From Clostridia bacterium (GTDB lineage Bacteria > CBDUZB01 > JAGLHV01): a stretch of DNA of 20,774 nt. A program made the position numbers and the translations under genes. The notes beneath the pieces were generated by a model. The model did no database searches. It saw only the letters and a program-made list of their open reading frames with translations, and was not told the origin of the DNA. The DNA lies in NCBI GenBank assembly GCA_030637025.1, contig DAOVVV010000004.1:62001-82774 (forward strand). Reading direction: 5' to 3'. Shown in pieces: positions 17,085 through 20,774 of this stretch (its first letter is position 1; each line of letters opens with the position of its first letter).

Positions 17085-17287
17085 TTATTTTTTTGCGTGC
17101 CCGAAGGGTAAAATTATGCGTCTAGAGAAAAACATATTTTGCCTTTATTTTCCTCGTTCCAATTCCTGCCTTATAAATACAATTGTCACAAATAGCCACA
17201 AATCCCCTTTTTCAAAGGGGGAAATTCATTCGTGTCATACATTGTCAAAAACTACATTTGATTACTCTTTCAAATTTTCAAAACAAA

Positions 17288-17385
17288 AAAATGAAGGTGA
17301 AATGTGTTTCAAACGATATATTAAATTTTAGCAAAAATTAGCGTTAACAAAATAAGCTTGTCTGAGCAAAGTGAGTTGTTTACTT
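17288..17385 (+). repeat. Structured repeat, copy 3 (5' half only, runs into the SPFH stop codon)
   Basis: aaaatgaaggtgaaatgtgtttcaaacgatatattaaattttagcaaaaattagcgttaacaaaataagcttgtctgagcaaagtgagttg matches the first ~90 nt of copy 1. Confidence 0.88.
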
Positions 17386-18123
17386 TTTTATAAATTGTTT
17401 AAATAAATCTATGGGTATAGGGAAAATCGTAGTAGAATTATTTTCCGCAGCAATTTCTTTTAGCGTTTGTAAATATCTTAATTGTATTGCTACCCCGGTT
17501 TCCTCAATTACCTTTGCCGCCATAGAAAGTTTTTCTGATGCCTGATATTCCGCTTCTGCAGCAATAACCTTAGCCCTTCTGTCTCTTTCCGCTTCAGCTT
17601 GTTTCGCCATCGCCCGCTTCATTACTTCCGGTAATTCCACATCTTTTATTTCTACCACACTTACCTTAATACCCCAGGGATCAGTTAATTCATCAACTAC
17701 TTTTTGCAGTTTCTGATTAATCGATTCTCTTTCGGAAAGCAACGCATCCAATTCCACTCCCCCCAATACACTACGCAGGGTTGTTTGGGCAATTAAGGAT
17801 GTTGCGTGAAAATAGTTATTTACCTTGGTCACCGCATTATTGGGATTCATTACCCGGAAATAAACCACTGCATTTACCTTTATGGTAACATTGTCTTTAG
17901 TAATTATCTCCTGTTCAGGAACATCCATAGTTATTACTCTCAAATTTATCCTTTCAATTTTATCTATAAACGGAATAATTATAAATAATCCCGGCCCTTT
18001 AGGTTCCGGTAACAAACGGCCCAACCTAAAAATTACTGCCCTTTCATACTCCCTGATAACTTTTACCGCGTTAAAGAAAAGAACAACACCTACAAAAAAC
18101 AAACCATACATTAACCCACCCAT
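17380..18123 (-). CDS. SPFH/band-7 stomatin-like (slipin) protein
   Basis: N-terminal [76 protein letters not shown]. Confidence 0.96.
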   Translation of the reverse strand: MGGLMYGLFFVGVVLFFNAVKVIREYERAVIFRLGRLLPEPKGPGLFIIIPFIDKIERINLRVITMDVPEQEIITKDNVTIKVNAVVYFRVMNPNNAVTKVNNYFHATSLIAQTTLRSVLGGVELDALLSERESINQKLQKVVDELTDPWGIKVSVVEIKDVELPEVMKRAMAKQAEAERDRRAKVIAAEAEYQASEKLSMAAKVIEETGVAIQLRYLQTLKEIAAENNSTTIFPIPIDLFKQFIKK

Positions 18124-18127
18124 AACC

Positions 18128-19468
18128 CTAATCCTCCTTATATTTTTTTATTTTCACAATTTGTCCTGAGATACTAATTACTTCAATTTTTTCCCCTTTT
18201 TGTATCACCCCCTCTTCCGATTGAGCTGACCAATATTCCCCTTCCACAAAAACCATTCCTTCCGGTGCAATTTTAGTTTTCGCATATCCTATTTTTCCTA
18301 TAAATCCTTCTTTTCCCGTAACAGGTTTACTCCGCCGCAGTTTTAAAGCAGCGGCAATAGCAAAAGTAAAAAATAAAAAAGTACTAATCGCCAAAGAAAG
18401 AATTAACGTTACCGAAATACGGTAAAATTCAGCAGATTCCGGAGAGTCCACTAAAATAAAAGACCCAATCACAAAAGAAACTATTCCTCCCATAGCCAAT
18501 ATCCCATAGCTGGTTATCCAGAGCTCTAAGATTAAAAAAAGTATACCTAATATTATTAAAAACACACCGGCTAAATTTACCGGAAGAATTTGCAAAGAAA
18601 AAAAAGCTAAAATAAGACAAACACCTCCTACTGTTCCGGCAAACCCGACCCCGGGCGAATGAAATTCATAAATTATCCCGTATATTCCAAAAATCATTAA
18701 AATATAAGCAATATTAGGATTAGCCAGGGTATGCAGAAATCTTTCTCTAAAAGTCATATCAAAATATTTTATGACAGCTTTAAGGGTATGTAAAGTACTT
18801 TTCTCATCTTTTTTTATCACTTCCCTTCCTTCTAATTTTTCTAAAAGTTGTTTAAAGTCTTTGGCCTGAAAATCTACGACTTTTAAGGTAAGAGCCTCTT
18901 CAACTGTTACCGAAACACTTTCCCTTACTGAATTTTCCGCCCATTCTTCATTCCGCTTATGACTTTTAGCCCGGTTAATGATAAAACTAACTAAATCATT
19001 AACCGCTTTCTTGGCCATCTCTTCATCCATTTTTTTCCCCATACTTACCGGATGGGCAGAGCCAATATGGGTTCCCGGAGCCATTACCGCAACATCACTG
19101 GCCATAGTAATAAAAACCCCGGCTGAAGCAGCCCTTGCTCCAATGGGAGTAATATAAACAACTATGGGGATACTACTATTTTCCATTTTCAAAACGATCG
19201 TGCGCATCGACTCAACTAAACCGCCAGGGGTATCCATCTGAATAATTAAACACTGTGCATTCTCTTCTTCTGCACGATTTATAGCTCTATTTATATAACG
19301 GGCTACTACAGGATCAATTACCCCCTCAACATTTACTACATAAACCGGTTTTAATAACTCATCAGGAGAACCGCTATTATTTACAACCTCTTCTGCATTT
19401 AAAGAAAAAAGCCCTACCATACAAACAAAAAAACAAGTGAAAATAATTCCTTTTTTATATTTATTCAT
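18128..19468 (-). CDS. nfeD: NfeD long form: ClpP-class serine protease domain + TM domain + C-terminal OB-fold (stomatin operon partner)
   Basis: Signal peptide; [25 protein letters not shown]; five to six TMs; [10 protein letters not shown]...[13 protein letters not shown]; adjacent to the SPFH gene. Confidence 0.95.
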   Translation of the reverse strand: MNKYKKGIIFTCFFVCMVGLFSLNAEEVVNNSGSPDELLKPVYVVNVEGVIDPVVARYINRAINRAEEENAQCLIIQMDTPGGLVESMRTIVLKMENSSIPIVVYITPIGARAASAGVFITMASDVAVMAPGTHIGSAHPVSMGKKMDEEMAKKAVNDLVSFIINRAKSHKRNEEWAENSVRESVSVTVEEALTLKVVDFQAKDFKQLLEKLEGREVIKKDEKSTLHTLKAVIKYFDMTFRERFLHTLANPNIAYILMIFGIYGIIYEFHSPGVGFAGTVGGVCLILAFFSLQILPVNLAGVFLIILGILFLILELWITSYGILAMGGIVSFVIGSFILVDSPESAEFYRISVTLILSLAISTFLFFTFAIAAALKLRRSKPVTGKEGFIGKIGYAKTKIAPEGMVFVEGEYWSAQSEEGVIQKGEKIEVISISGQIVKIKKYKED

Positions 19469-19520
19469 TTAATTCCTCCTGAGTATATAGGGTTCCCTAT
19501 TTTCAAATTTCAGTTTCCTT

Positions 19521-19549
19521 AAAATATCATATTTTTAGAGAGTATGCAA
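19521..19549 (-). promoter_or_regulatory. Possible sigma70 promoter for nfeD-SPFH
   Basis: TTGCAT (19549-19544), 17 nt, TATTTT (19526-19521) with TGn; AGGAGG SD before the nfeD ATG. Confidence 0.45.
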
Positions 19550-19756
19550 GCATAAAGTCTATCGGAAAGTTTGTTTGTGGGTCAGGTTCAGTATCTCCCC
19601 GTGTGGGTGTTTCTTTGTAATAGAAAAACCGACTTGAAAGAGGGAAATCAAGAGAAGCAAGGGAAAATTAATTTGAGTAAAGGAGACATTTTTTTAAATG
19701 GCATCTATTATTCCCCTAATGGGTGAAGTAGTAAAGCAAAATATTAACAAGTAAGT

Positions 19757-19864
19757 TTATAGATTTTTCATCTCCTTTAATTCCTTCTTTGCTTTTTCCT
19801 GCGATTCAAGTCGAGTTTTTTCTTCTTTGTAAACTTTCTCTTTTTCTTCGGGTGATAGTTCCAT
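19757..19864 (-). CDS. 35-aa small ORF or gene remnant (MELSPEEKEKVYKEEKTRLESQEKAKKELKEMKNL)
   Basis: ATG at 19864 with AGAAGG upstream, TAA at 19757; charged helical sequence resembling the N-terminus of hypothetical membrane proteins I recall; below the ORF-track cutoff. Confidence 0.55.
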   Translation of the reverse strand: MELSPEEKEKVYKEEKTRLESQEKAKKELKEMKNL

Positions 19865-19895
19865 TTTCTACCTTCTTTTTAAAATCTATCCCTCT

Positions 19896-20411
19896 TCATT
19901 TTCTAAACCCGATTTTTTTGCGTAGTTTTTCCGGGGGTGTCATTAGTTCCTGGATTACCTGAAATACTATTGCAAATTGCTTGTCGTATTTCTTCTCCAT
20001 TGCTTCTATTTTTCGCTTTAAATCTGCGTGAGTTGAAAGCATTTGTCTGAGTTTAGTAAAAACTCTCATAATTTGGATGTTTACTTTAATAGCTTTTTTA
20101 CTGTGAAGTACACTGGAAAGCATTGCCACCCCTTGCTCGGTAAAGGCATAGGGTTTGTATCTTAACCCCATTTTATCACCAGAATTGGAAGTGACAATTT
20201 GGCACCTCCAATTTTTAAACTCCTGTTCTGTTAATTGAAACATAAAATCCAAAGGGAATCTATCAATATTTCTACGCACCTGACGTTTTAAGTTTTTTAC
20301 TTCTACCCCATACAGTTCTGCTAAGTCTTTATCTAACATTACTTTATGCTTTCGGATTAGATAAATCTTGTTTCCTATTCGTTGCATTGGAATACTCACT
20401 TTTTTAGTCAT
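19896..20411 (-). CDS. ORF6N (KilA-N-like) domain DNA-binding protein
   Basis: IYLIRKHKVMLDKDLAELYGVE...QVRRNIDRFPLDFMFQLT...PYAFTEQGVAMLSSVLHS..AI.VNIQIMRVF...KIGF. Confidence 0.95.
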   Translation of the reverse strand: MTKKVSIPMQRIGNKIYLIRKHKVMLDKDLAELYGVEVKNLKRQVRRNIDRFPLDFMFQLTEQEFKNWRCQIVTSNSGDKMGLRYKPYAFTEQGVAMLSSVLHSKKAIKVNIQIMRVFTKLRQMLSTHADLKRKIEAMEKKYDKQFAIVFQVIQELMTPPEKLRKKIGFRK

Positions 20412-20462
20412 TATAATTTCTCTTTTTTTTTTTTTAGAAATTATTTAAAAACTCTTCCAAAG

Positions 20463-20538
20463 TGTCATTTCAAAGAAGGCAATCTTATCGTTCTCGTTAA
20501 AGAATGAGATTGCGAGCCCTTAAGGGCTCGCAATGACA
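20463..20538. repeat. RPE/REP-like palindromic element (GTCATT...GCAATC...GAGATTGC...CTCGCAATGAC type) containing a perfect 26-bp palindrome
   Basis: tgtcatt...aatgaca terminal pairing; gcaatctta/tgagattgc helix; attgcgagcccttaagggctcgcaat (20509-20534) is its own reverse complement. Confidence 0.75.
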
Positions 20539-20614
20539 AAGGTAAAATGTGTTTTGAACGATTTAGCGAATTTTAGTAAAATTATGCGGTTAGAGAAAAA
20601 CATCTTTTGTCTTT
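20538..20614 (+). repeat. Structured repeat, copy 4 (minimal form without internal cargo, 77 nt)
   Basis: aaaggtaaaatgtgttttgaacgatttagcgaattttag-taaaattatgcggttagagaaaaacatcttttgtcttt: both arms of copies 1 and 2 joined directly. Confidence 0.85.
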
Positions 20615-20774
20615 AAGTAAAATCCCCCTAGCTCCCACTACTGTCCCGATGTTTTTGGGTTGATCTTTGAAATATATAATAAAATCAATAAGTTTTAGCG
20701 AAAATAGAATTTTAGGGTTTGGAATTTAATTTTTATTTATGTCATACTATTACCTAAAATTAGTACAGGAGACA

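Larger units (their letters stand above)
16940..17151 (+). repeat. Structured long-hairpin repeat, copy 2 (same arms, different internal cargo)
   Basis: aaaatgaaggtgaaatgtgttttgaac...tttttgcgtgcccgaagggtaaaattatgcgtctagagaaaaacatattttgcctttatttt; arms near-identical to copy 1. Confidence 0.9.

Noticed and set aside
16943-17331. Plus-strand ORFs 16943-17125 and 17077-17331
   Set aside because: They are translations of the repeat elements (for example LSTVDYGLWT from the heptamers), with no SD or domain signal.
16708-17385. CRISPR array
   Set aside because: Units are long (90-210 nt), unevenly spaced (232 and 348 nt) and form nested hairpins; there is no 25-45 nt repeat/spacer periodicity and no cas gene in the window.
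3891-18620. Short ORFs inside real genes (3891, 5023, 5747, 5859, 6174, 9374, 11608, 12484, 13983, 14278, 17806, 17882 on +; 18429-18620 on -)
   Set aside because: Antisense or alternate-frame shadows of well-supported genes, with no recognisable motifs.
19555-19700. Internally deleted IS/MITE beginning agtctatcggaaagt
   Set aside because: It looks vaguely like an IS end, but I found no matching inverted repeat, target duplication or transposase fragment.

Overview
AT-rich bacterial chromosomal window, probably from a diderm (it encodes a FadL-type beta-barrel); taxonomy cannot be assigned from sequence alone. All credible genes are on the minus strand. In transcription order (right to left): ORF6N protein, a 35-aa remnant ORF, NfeD protease plus SPFH/stomatin pair, a mosaic of nested structured repeats, RNase HIII lacking its N-terminal domain, and an AdnAB/AddAB-like helicase-nuclease pair. 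Next comes a compact candidate lipid-signalling module: SRPBCC/START-fold protein (missed by the ORF track, apparent non-ATG start, Arg-rich N-terminus), acyl-ACP-reductase-like enzyme, 7TM-GAF-HD-GYP, tRNA-Glu(CTC), FadL-family channel and a second 7TM-GAF-HD-GYP. The window ends with a NIL/4Fe-4S ferredoxin and a truncated TMTC-like TPR membrane protein. The strongest novelty candidates are (1) the putative produce-import-sense fatty-aldehyde/cyclic-dinucleotide system at 2009-9540 and (2) a four-copy modular hairpin repeat whose G-T wobble pairs favour folding of the strand opposite to the genes. All family calls come from motif recognition, not database searches.
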